Of a stretch of DNA of 20,000 bases, positions 8,570 through 16,615 are shown in pieces. Within the stretch, counting starts at the first letter, position 1. Each line of letters opens with the position of its first letter. This stretch comes from an uncultured virus (IMG/VR IMGVR_UViG_3300027688_000449) (lineage: Duplodnaviria; Heunggongvirae; Uroviricota; Caudoviricetes): the IMG/VR virus record IMGVR_UViG_3300027688_000449. The stretch is one strand, 5' to 3'. Both the position numbers and the translations under genes were made by a program. The notes beneath the pieces are model-generated. The model was given only the letters and a program-made list of their open reading frames with translations, did not search any database and was not told the DNA's origin.

Positions 8570-11526
8570 TGGCTAAAACGTTCATACCTAACACAGCGGC
8601 TTCAGGAGCCGGAACTCCCTTTGATAATATCGTAGGGTTACAAACTGTGCAAGGTGGTGGATTAACACAAGGTAATTTTGAGTTTGATTTAGGACTTTCA
8701 GAAAAAACAAATAGAACATTTAATATTGGAACGTTTCAAAATCCAGTATCATTAGAAAATTTAGATTTAGATTCAATAAACGCTTCAAGGGAGTTGTTAG
8801 CGAAAGAATATAGAGTTTATCCAAATTATGATTTATCAGTTGTAACTAATTTTACAATATTTGGTTCGTTACAAAAAAGATTTGAAGTATCAATACAAAA
8901 AATATTAAACTTTTTTCCTGCGGCAATTGAAGTTGATGCAATCTATTATGATTTTACATCAGGATTAACCGCTGAGAATATTATATATAGTTCAGTCCCA
9001 AATGAAACTGAATTTACAATTGATGTCGCAAGGATTAAAAATCCATTCAACATTGATTACTCAGTTAATTCTATAATTAATCTTCAAAACAGAGAACAAA
9101 TATTTTCACCTATTAGGGATTTAACAAATAGATACCGAGATTATAGTTTGTTTGTTAATGGTAATGAATATCCAATTATTGATTTAGACCCAACAACAAG
9201 TTTATATTCTGGTAATCTTAAATTTATTGTTACAGGACAACCATTTAGTGGTGCTTCATCAACGGTAGATTCAATTTATATTAAACCAAACACATATTAC
9301 ACCGAAAAAGGATTTTCGGAAGATTTTGATGAGGTTGAAAAGTTCTTGTTAAATAGATTAGCGACACCACCATTTACAGCAACATTTAATGTTCCTGTTG
9401 AAACTGACTCAGGTGTTGTATCAATACAAACATCTACATTGACTTGGCCTAAAGATGGTCTTTGGAATTTAGATATTAGAACTCCATTATTTACAACTTA
9501 TCTTGAGAAGTTAAATGAAATTGCGATTAATTTTGATTCATTCAAAACAAACTTAATTACCCGTTTTTTAACAACAGAATCATTTTTAGAATTTGACACG
9601 CCAGACCATAGAGTTGCTAAAGTATTACAAATATATGGAAGAAGTTTTGACCAAATAAAACAATTCATTGATGCGTTGGCATACATGAATTCGGTTAACT
9701 ATACTCCAGGTAATGACATACCATCAATGTTATTGAAAAATTTAGCACAGACATTAGGATGGAGTACAAACATATCACCAATTACGAATGAAAACTTTTT
9801 AGATTCAGTATACTCGTCAACAGGTGTTACACAATACGCTGGTTTTTCAAGAGAACTTACACCATCAGAATTAAATTATCAATTTTATAGAAACTTAATA
9901 TTAAACTCGGCATATCTTTTTAAATCTAAAGGTACAAGACGTTCAGTTGAATTTACATTAAGATTGGTTGGAGCTCCTGAAGCGTTGGTTGAATTTAATG
10001 AACACGTTTATGTTGCTGACCAAAGAATTAATATGAGACAATTTGGTGAACAATATGCTCAAATTACAGGTGGTACATATATTGAAAATACAACAGCATT
10101 AGCAACTGGTAATACATTTTCAATTTACGGTCAAACATATACCGCATTTACATCATCAACACAAACTTTTTTTGTGGGTGAAACAATTGATGATTATCCA
10201 GTTGATGAATTTGGATATCCAAGAGCACCAATTGAAACATCAGATTATTATTTTGAAAAAGGTGCAGGATGGTTTGAATCAACACCACAACACAGAAGTC
10301 CACAAATTGTAAATCAAACCACTTCAGTTTTTACTGGCAATAGCCCAAATGTTCAAACAACATTACAGCCTTTTACTTACGGACAAGAATATTTTGATAG
10401 ATTCAGGAATTTCCCATATATGAATTTGGGTTATAACTTAAAACTTGTACCTGACAATAAAAAAAGTTGGCAACCACCAACATTCAGAGTTAGTGTTGAA
10501 TCAGGGTATAATGCATATTATGTAGTTTCAGATGACAAATTAGTTCTTAATGCCAAGAATGTTGATTTGTTTATGAACCCTGGTCAAGGTATCCTTTATA
10601 ATGTTTGGTCAATGTCCAAGAATTATAATTACCCAATTCCTAATTCAGGAATGACATCGCCATACCCAAGTTTGGAAACTTATGATTGGACATATATTAA
10701 TCCTGAAGCAAACAAAAAAACATTCTTTGAATTCGCTCAAACATTTGTTAACAATACAATTAATATCAGAGACAGGTGGTATTCAACAGATGGTAAAACT
10801 GGTGGATATCCAACACTATTAAATATTTTTTACAATTACCTTCTTTCTGAACAAAATGTTGGAATTCCAAATGATGATTTTACATATCAAAAATTAATTG
10901 AATATGTTGATGGTCTTGGTCCATATTGGATTAGATTAACACAACAAATGATTCCAGCATCTACAATATGGAATACTGGTACCCGTTTAGAAAACTCAGC
11001 ATTACAAAGACAAAAATATGTTTATAGAAGACAAAGAGGTTGTCAATTAGTACCAATTGAAAATGACCCATGTTTGGCAACAAGTCAATTATTTTCTTTT
11101 GATTGCACCAAACAAAGTGCAACATGTTCAATATATCCTTGGATTGGTGCAAACCCTGGTGATGTTACATCATTCTCACAAATTCTATATAACGTATTAT
11201 ACAATTACTTAGACACACAAGGTTATCTACTTTCAGATTGTAACGCAAACTCATTGTATTCACAATGGTATGTTGATGTTAAGATTGATGGGGCAACTGT
11301 AATACAAAATAAATTTTTTGATGGTTATGGAACAGGACAAGTTCCAACAAATAACCAATGGAAGACAGCGCTTATTTTAAATCTACAACAATTAGTTAAT
11401 TATGGTTATTTCTTTTATGTGAACGGTAATGAGGTTACAATATATAACTTGACATGTGCTTCAAGTTCAGAACCAATTACTTTACAAATAAACGTGGGGG
11501 TTAATATAGACATTAGTTGTCAGTAA
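8569..11526 (+). CDS. Putative baseplate wedge subunit (P2 gpI / T4 gp7-like core) with extensions (985 aa)
   Basis: IPSMLLKNLAQTLGW...FYRNLILNSAYLFKSKGTRRSVEFTLRLVG (about 9718-9972; KGT at 9928-9936) matches the pattern 'L..LA...G...R..I......K.KGT...I...L..LG' typical of the Tail_P2_I family. Confidence 0.65.
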   Translation: MAKTFIPNTAASGAGTPFDNIVGLQTVQGGGLTQGNFEFDLGLSEKTNRTFNIGTFQNPVSLENLDLDSINASRELLAKEYRVYPNYDLSVVTNFTIFGSLQKRFEVSIQKILNFFPAAIEVDAIYYDFTSGLTAENIIYSSVPNETEFTIDVARIKNPFNIDYSVNSIINLQNREQIFSPIRDLTNRYRDYSLFVNGNEYPIIDLDPTTSLYSGNLKFIVTGQPFSGASSTVDSIYIKPNTYYTEKGFSEDFDEVEKFLLNRLATPPFTATFNVPVETDSGVVSIQTSTLTWPKDGLWNLDIRTPLFTTYLEKLNEIAINFDSFKTNLITRFLTTESFLEFDTPDHRVAKVLQIYGRSFDQIKQFIDALAYMNSVNYTPGNDIPSMLLKNLAQTLGWSTNISPITNENFLDSVYSSTGVTQYAGFSRELTPSELNYQFYRNLILNSAYLFKSKGTRRSVEFTLRLVGAPEALVEFNEHVYVADQRINMRQFGEQYAQITGGTYIENTTALATGNTFSIYGQTYTAFTSSTQTFFVGETIDDYPVDEFGYPRAPIETSDYYFEKGAGWFESTPQHRSPQIVNQTTSVFTGNSPNVQTTLQPFTYGQEYFDRFRNFPYMNLGYNLKLVPDNKKSWQPPTFRVSVESGYNAYYVVSDDKLVLNAKNVDLFMNPGQGILYNVWSMSKNYNYPIPNSGMTSPYPSLETYDWTYINPEANKKTFFEFAQTFVNNTINIRDRWYSTDGKTGGYPTLLNIFYNYLLSEQNVGIPNDDFTYQKLIEYVDGLGPYWIRLTQQMIPASTIWNTGTRLENSALQRQKYVYRRQRGCQLVPIENDPCLATSQLFSFDCTKQSATCSIYPWIGANPGDVTSFSQILYNVLYNYLDTQGYLLSDCNANSLYSQWYVDVKIDGATVIQNKFFDGYGTGQVPTNNQWKTALILNLQQLVNYGYFFYVNGNEVTIYNLTCASSSEPITLQINVGVNIDISCQ

Positions 11527-11541
11527 ACTACCTTATAATAA

Positions 11542-11549
11542 TATTTAAT
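11542..11549 (+). promoter_or_regulatory. Candidate regulatory motif variant TATTTAAT
   Basis: Lies in the 27-nt gap before the ATG at 11554, preceded by TATAAT at 11534-11539. Confidence 0.3.
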
Positions 11550-11553
11550 AGTT

Positions 11554-14154
11554 ATGGCTTGTAGTACTTGTATTAGATGGATGGTTTGGAATGAATCGGA
11601 CAGTGACCAAACATTTTATTATTATGATTGTACTGATGGTACCACATTATTAAGTAATTTATTTGGTGCTGGTCAATTTTATAGTGTTTGTGGTTGTCAA
11701 GCAAGTGGTTCTTATGCAACAAGTGACGATGTTTATATTGAAGATGGTGGAACAGGATATATAAATTATGGAGGATTATTATTACCTCCTTGTGAACCAG
11801 AACCAACACCATCACTTACTTTAACACCATTTCCAACAAGAACCCCAAATCATACACCGACACAAACACCAAGTGTAACACAAACGCCTACAATTACGTC
11901 AACTCCGACTGTAACACCAACAAATACTTTAACACAAACGCCTACAATTACACGAACTCCGACTGTAACACCAACAATTACACAAACTCCGACTATAACA
12001 CCAACAATTACGCCAACGGAACCTCCACTAACTCCAACACCAACATCATCACCATATAACAATGGTAATACATTTGCATATACTTTAACAGTTACAGGTG
12101 CTTGTGAAACAGGATTGGGTTCGGCATTAATTACCGCTAGTGGAGGAACACCACCTTATACATTTGATTGGTATAATCCAAACTTAGGCACCGGTGACTA
12201 CAAAACAAATTTACCTGCAGGAACTTACTATGTTAGAGCAAATGACTCGACAGCACCTACAAATAACGAATTTTATATTAACGTTGTTATTGGTTCAGGG
12301 TTGACAATTGGATTTCAAACTGAAGTTGCAACAACATGTGGTTTAAATAATGGTTCATTGACGGTAACAGCAACATCAAGTTGTAATATTATTAACTATT
12401 ATTTATATTCTGCTTATGGATTTGCTGATTCACAAACAACCTCAACAAATATTGGGACGTTTAATAATTTATCGGCTGGAACTTATTCAGTAACAGCAGT
12501 TGACTGTGCTGGTTGTTCAGGAACTTCTGAGACTTGTATAATATATTCATCAAATACGCTTGATTACGGATTTTATATTGTAAATGACACCGAATGTGCT
12601 AGTCCAACAGGAAAAGTGTATGTTACTGGAGTTACGGGTAACGCTCCGTTTACTTATGAATGGTCTGATGGTATTACAGGAGATACTATTACAGGTCTTA
12701 CAGCTGGTGGTTACGAAGTTACAGTAACATCATCAGATGGTTGTGTATTATCACAAGTGGCTACAGTAGATTATGTCCCAAGTATTGGGTTAGGTTCATG
12801 GACTGCGGTTACACCTTCTTGTTTTGTTGCTGATGGTTCACTTACATTGACTATAACTGGTGGAACTGGGCCTTATTATTATTCAGGTTCAAATGGTACC
12901 GTTGCGATTACTTATGCAACATCATATGTTTTTTCGGGATTATCGGCAGGACCATTCTCAGTAGATATTACTGACGCAGCTTTATGTAAAGCGACATTTT
13001 CAACAGTTTTACAAACGCCAAATACATTTAATAGTTTATCTGTTACTCAAACTAACTCTACTTGTGGTAGTAGTGATGGTAAAATATCAATTACATTAGA
13101 CGGTGGTGAAATTCCATATACATATACATTAGTTTATCCTGATTCATCAACAGTTAATGCGGTTTCAAATTCAACTGCTTATGAGTTCGTTAATTTGGAA
13201 AGTGGAACTTATACAGTTTATGTTTCTGATAGTAGTGGTTGTTTATATGAACAAGAAATAACCATCATAGCCGAAAATCTTTATAGTGTAACAACATCAA
13301 GTTCAGGTTCAACTTGTAATTTAAATAATGGTAGTGTTACACTTACATTATCAACAGGTGGTACCGCACCATATACCTATCAATTAAGTACAGGTCAGTC
13401 CGTTAACACTAGTTTTAGTGCTGCAACGTTTGGTGAATTAGGAACTGGTACTTATGGTTATACGGTGACTGATACAACAGGTTGTGTTCAATCAGGAAAT
13501 GTTACGGTATCATACGGTACACCATTACAATATTCTTTATACCCAACAGGTTGTGGAACTGGTTCAGGTGGTACAATCACGGCATTGATTAGTTCAGGTA
13601 CACCACCATTTACATTTACTTGGTCTGATAATGTTAGTGGTAATCCACCAAATATAACTGTAACAGGTCTTACGGGTGGAACATATAGTTTAACAATAGT
13701 TGATGATAATGGATGTGTTCAAGCAAGAAGTACAATTATAAGTTGTACAGCAATTGAATCAACATATCAAATTTACACAATGTGTGAAAGAGAATTTCAA
13801 TATACTTCAGGGACTGAACGAGGTATTCTTCAAATGTTAAATGAAGGCTATTATGATATTATATCTGGTCACACCAATTGTTTATTAAGTGCGGCAACTT
13901 TTGTTGCTCAAGTGGAAGTTAGTGGTGTAACATATACCGATTCTTTTTATACGGGTACAACATTATTAGACATTCCAACCAATCAACAATGGTATGATGC
14001 GGTTGAAACAATTTTATTGTCAATACCAGGTGTTAGTAGTGTTACAATAGATACGGTATCAAGTGTTGTAACAATAGCCACAGAAGGTGAATTGGCAAAC
14101 CAACAAATTATAATTGACCTAATAATCCAATACGATATTAATTGTGTGAGTTAA
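11554..14154 (+). CDS. Cys-rich adhesin-like virion protein: N-terminal Cys module, Thr-Pro linker, 7 SprB-like repeats, C-terminal domain (866 aa)
   Basis: Repeats of C....GS.T....GGT.PY.Y.W......GL.AG.Y.V.V.D..GC match the Bacteroidota SprB-repeat pattern. About 26 Cys. No N-terminal signal peptide visible. Confidence 0.75.
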   Translation: MACSTCIRWMVWNESDSDQTFYYYDCTDGTTLLSNLFGAGQFYSVCGCQASGSYATSDDVYIEDGGTGYINYGGLLLPPCEPEPTPSLTLTPFPTRTPNHTPTQTPSVTQTPTITSTPTVTPTNTLTQTPTITRTPTVTPTITQTPTITPTITPTEPPLTPTPTSSPYNNGNTFAYTLTVTGACETGLGSALITASGGTPPYTFDWYNPNLGTGDYKTNLPAGTYYVRANDSTAPTNNEFYINVVIGSGLTIGFQTEVATTCGLNNGSLTVTATSSCNIINYYLYSAYGFADSQTTSTNIGTFNNLSAGTYSVTAVDCAGCSGTSETCIIYSSNTLDYGFYIVNDTECASPTGKVYVTGVTGNAPFTYEWSDGITGDTITGLTAGGYEVTVTSSDGCVLSQVATVDYVPSIGLGSWTAVTPSCFVADGSLTLTITGGTGPYYYSGSNGTVAITYATSYVFSGLSAGPFSVDITDAALCKATFSTVLQTPNTFNSLSVTQTNSTCGSSDGKISITLDGGEIPYTYTLVYPDSSTVNAVSNSTAYEFVNLESGTYTVYVSDSSGCLYEQEITIIAENLYSVTTSSSGSTCNLNNGSVTLTLSTGGTAPYTYQLSTGQSVNTSFSAATFGELGTGTYGYTVTDTTGCVQSGNVTVSYGTPLQYSLYPTGCGTGSGGTITALISSGTPPFTFTWSDNVSGNPPNITVTGLTGGTYSLTIVDDNGCVQARSTIISCTAIESTYQIYTMCEREFQYTSGTERGILQMLNEGYYDIISGHTNCLLSAATFVAQVEVSGVTYTDSFYTGTTLLDIPTNQQWYDAVETILLSIPGVSSVTIDTVSSVVTIATEGELANQQIIIDLIIQYDINCVS
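11797..12054 (+). repeat. Thr-Pro-rich low-complexity linker (about 86 aa)
   Basis: PEPTPSLTLTPFPTRTPNHTPTQTPSVTQTPTIT...TPTPTSSP. Confidence 0.9.
12076..13740 (+). repeat. Seven diverged SprB-like beta-sandwich repeats (about 75-85 aa each)
   Basis: Cores include GGTPPYTFDW..NLPAGTYYV, NLSAGTYSVTAVDCAGC, GLTAGGYEVTVTSSDGC, GLSAGPFSVDITDAALC, NLESGTYTVYVSDSSGC, ELGTGTYGYTVTDTTGC and GLTGGTYSLTIVDDNGC. Confidence 0.8.
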
Positions 14155-14155
14155 A

Positions 14156-14467
14156 ATGGCAATGATAGAAATCATATCAATAACAGGTACATCACCATAT
14201 CAGGTGTATGTTTCTGATGTTTATGGTAATAACGAATACTTTGTTGGAACAATTGGAGGAGCGGTTCCACCTGTTGAAAATTTTTATCTTCCTACATTAT
14301 TTGATAACGCACCGGCAATCATGTTAAAAATAACTGATGCTAATGGATGTTCAAAATTTAAAATTCTTGAGTGTAGATATGGTTGCGGATTTACAATTCA
14401 AGTGGTTGCTTCAGATTGTATTTATAATATTATTCTTGAACCTCCAAGTTGTGATTTTACTATTTAA
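14156..14467 (+). CDS. Small Cys-containing protein resembling a single SprB-like module with a short Cys-repeat tail (103 aa)
   Basis: Starts 1 nt after the upstream stop. ITGTSPYQVYV...LKITDANGC echoes the GGT.PY...VTD..GC repeat. Confidence 0.7.
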   Translation: MAMIEIISITGTSPYQVYVSDVYGNNEYFVGTIGGAVPPVENFYLPTLFDNAPAIMLKITDANGCSKFKILECRYGCGFTIQVVASDCIYNIILEPPSCDFTI

Positions 14468-14523
14468 TTTTAACTTTTATTTTAAATTATTTAAAGTTTC
14501 ATTTAAAAACTATAATGTCTTTG

Positions 14524-14531
14524 TATTTATA
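14524..14531 (+). promoter_or_regulatory. Candidate late-promoter/regulatory motif TATTTATA
   Basis: Lies in the 82-nt AT-rich gap before the ATG at 14550. TATAAT occurs at 14511-14516. Confidence 0.4.
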
Positions 14532-14549
14532 TAGGAAATCAAAAATTAG

Positions 14550-16574
14550 ATGGCGGTAAATTATGAAATTATTGTAGTAAATACGGCAAGCGGTTGTGAT
14601 AACCCTGTCTCGTCACAATACTCAGTTACTGCGTGCTCTCAAAGTGTTATTATAAGATTTGATGGTGTAAATAATGCTGTAGGTCCTTTTGATATTTACA
14701 CAGGAACAACAGGAACAACGGCAGTTTATACAGGTGCTTCAAGGACTGACATGTATAATGGTGTTGAAATTATACTTTCAGACCCTGCGGCTTGTTCAGG
14801 ATTAACACCAACGCCAACACGAACAGTTACACCAACACCAACATTAACGCCAACCAACACTTTAACACCAACATTAACACCAACACCAACCACCACTAAC
14901 GCAGGTGCTCCAACAACACCATCTCCAACACCTACAGTAACACCAACTAATACTGAAACTTTAACACCTACGGTTACACCAAGTGTTACAACAACATCAA
15001 CACCTACAGTAACACCTACGGTTACACCAAGTGTTACAACAACATCAACACCTACAGTAACACCAACAACTTCTCAAACATCAACACCTACAGTAACACC
15101 AACAAATACTGAAACGCCAACTCAGACAGTAACACCTACTAATACACTTACTCCGACTCAGACAGTAACACCTACAAATACTGAAACGCCAACTCAGACA
15201 GTAACACCAACAAATACTGAAACGCCAACTCAGACAGTAACACCAACAAATACTGAAACACCTACTAATACACCAACTCCAACAGTAACACCAACAAATA
15301 CTGAAACGCCAACTCAGACTGTAACACCAACAAATACTTTAACACCAACAAATACTGAAACACCTACTAATACACCAACTCCAACAGTAACACCAACAAA
15401 TACTGAAACGCCAACTCAGACTGTAACACCAACAAATACTTTAACACCAACAAATACTGAAACGCCAACTCAGACTGTAACACCAACAAATACTAAGACA
15501 CCTACACCAACATTAACACCAACAAATACACTTACTCCAACAAATACGCTTACACCAACCAATACAATTACACCAACTAACACAATTACACCTACTAAAA
15601 CTGTAACACCAAGTGTAACACCGACAAAGACAGTTACACCAACGGTAACTCAGACACCAACTAATACAGTAACACCAAGTGTAACAGCAACGGTGACTAA
15701 AACACCTTCTCAAACACCTACTGAAACACCAACAAATACGCCAACGGTAACTCAGACACCAACTAATACGCCAACTAATACACTTACTCCGACAAACACT
15801 GTTACACCTACAAATACTTTAACACCAACACAAACACCAACGGTAACTAATACTCCAACAAATACTAATACACCAACATTGACTGAAACACCGACTAATA
15901 CACCAACAGTTACACAAACACCAACTAATACATTAACTCCAACTAATACATTAACTCCAACTAATACATTAACTCCAACGAAAACACCTACTCCAACACC
16001 TTCTGGCGCGGCATTTAGGGCTTACATATTTGCTGAACCACAAACTAGTGGAGCTGATGCAACTTTATTAGCTTACGCCACAGCAAGTAATGCTCAAGAA
16101 TGGTATAGTTATTTTTCAGTAGGTGGACCACCGAATAATGGAGCAGGAAATTATAGTGGTGATTTAAATATTTACGCACACCAACCTTCGTTTGTAAATG
16201 GTGGTAGTGATTTCGTAACTCCTGTTACTTTAAGCGGACCAATATCACAAATTAATTATTTATTTACTAACATCCAAGTTTCATCTAGTGTTGTAAATCC
16301 AACTTTGTCATATTTTTATTCAATTTGGTTACCTTTAGATGGTATTGGTGGCTCATTAAATAATTATGTTATGGATGTTGGAACATCACCAAGTGCAGAT
16401 GACGTACAGGCGGCAGTACCAAGTTTAGTGCCATCAACAAATGCGTTTAACGTTACTGTTACTTCAGGAGCTGCGGTTCCAAGTGGAACTTATAGAGTTG
16501 TTTGGGTTACACCTAACTTCCTATTGACTGTAGCAACTGGTTCAAATTATTATAACGCAACATCAAAAACATAA
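14550..16574 (+). CDS. Mucin-like stalk protein: 85-aa N-domain, 400-aa (Thr-X)n/TPT repeat, about 190-aa C-terminal globular domain (674 aa)
   Basis: Long ORF with non-repetitive termini flanking the TPTxTx array. No signal peptide visible. Confidence 0.8.
   Translation: MAVNYEIIVVNTASGCDNPVSSQYSVTACSQSVIIRFDGVNNAVGPFDIYTGTTGTTAVYTGASRTDMYNGVEIILSDPAACSGLTPTPTRTVTPTPTLTPTNTLTPTLTPTPTTTNAGAPTTPSPTPTVTPTNTETLTPTVTPSVTTTSTPTVTPTVTPSVTTTSTPTVTPTTSQTSTPTVTPTNTETPTQTVTPTNTLTPTQTVTPTNTETPTQTVTPTNTETPTQTVTPTNTETPTNTPTPTVTPTNTETPTQTVTPTNTLTPTNTETPTNTPTPTVTPTNTETPTQTVTPTNTLTPTNTETPTQTVTPTNTKTPTPTLTPTNTLTPTNTLTPTNTITPTNTITPTKTVTPSVTPTKTVTPTVTQTPTNTVTPSVTATVTKTPSQTPTETPTNTPTVTQTPTNTPTNTLTPTNTVTPTNTLTPTQTPTVTNTPTNTNTPTLTETPTNTPTVTQTPTNTLTPTNTLTPTNTLTPTKTPTPTPSGAAFRAYIFAEPQTSGADATLLAYATASNAQEWYSYFSVGGPPNNGAGNYSGDLNIYAHQPSFVNGGSDFVTPVTLSGPISQINYLFTNIQVSSSVVNPTLSYFYSIWLPLDGIGGSLNNYVMDVGTSPSADDVQAAVPSLVPSTNAFNVTVTSGAAVPSGTYRVVWVTPNFLLTVATGSNYYNATSKT
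14805..16004 (+). repeat. Coding tandem array of TPTxTx / TPTx units, containing exact 48-bp and 102-bp duplications
   Basis: Thr at alternate positions for about 400 codons. The 48-bp unit starts at 14963 and 15011. The 102-bp unit starts at 15241 and 15343. Confidence 0.92.
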
Positions 16575-16602
16575 CCAAAACTAACTAAACAAAATAATCA
16601 TC

Positions 16603-16610
16603 TATTTATA
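16603..16610 (+). promoter_or_regulatory. Candidate late-promoter/regulatory motif TATTTATA
   Basis: Lies in the 41-nt gap, ending 5 nt before the ATG at 16616. Confidence 0.4.
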
Positions 16611-16615
16611 ATCAT

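Noticed and set aside
11170..14154. Diversity-generating retroelement TR/VR pair behind the similar C-termini
   Set aside because: The similarity is only at the diverged protein level. I saw no near-identical DNA repeat with adenine-specific mismatches and no reverse transcriptase in the window.
14468..14523. Possible terminator hairpin (AACTTT...AAAGTT) in the AT-rich gap
   Set aside because: The stem is short and almost all A/T with a long loop, too weak to call an intrinsic terminator.
1239..14534. Other short 60-90 aa ORFs nested in or overlapping the long genes on either strand
   Set aside because: They overlap well-supported long CDSs, show no recognisable motifs, and are of a length expected by chance.
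11850..15713. Minus-strand ORFs 11850-12062 (VGV repeats) and 15513-15713 (Cys/Trp-rich)
   Set aside because: Antisense readings of the Thr-Pro repeats.
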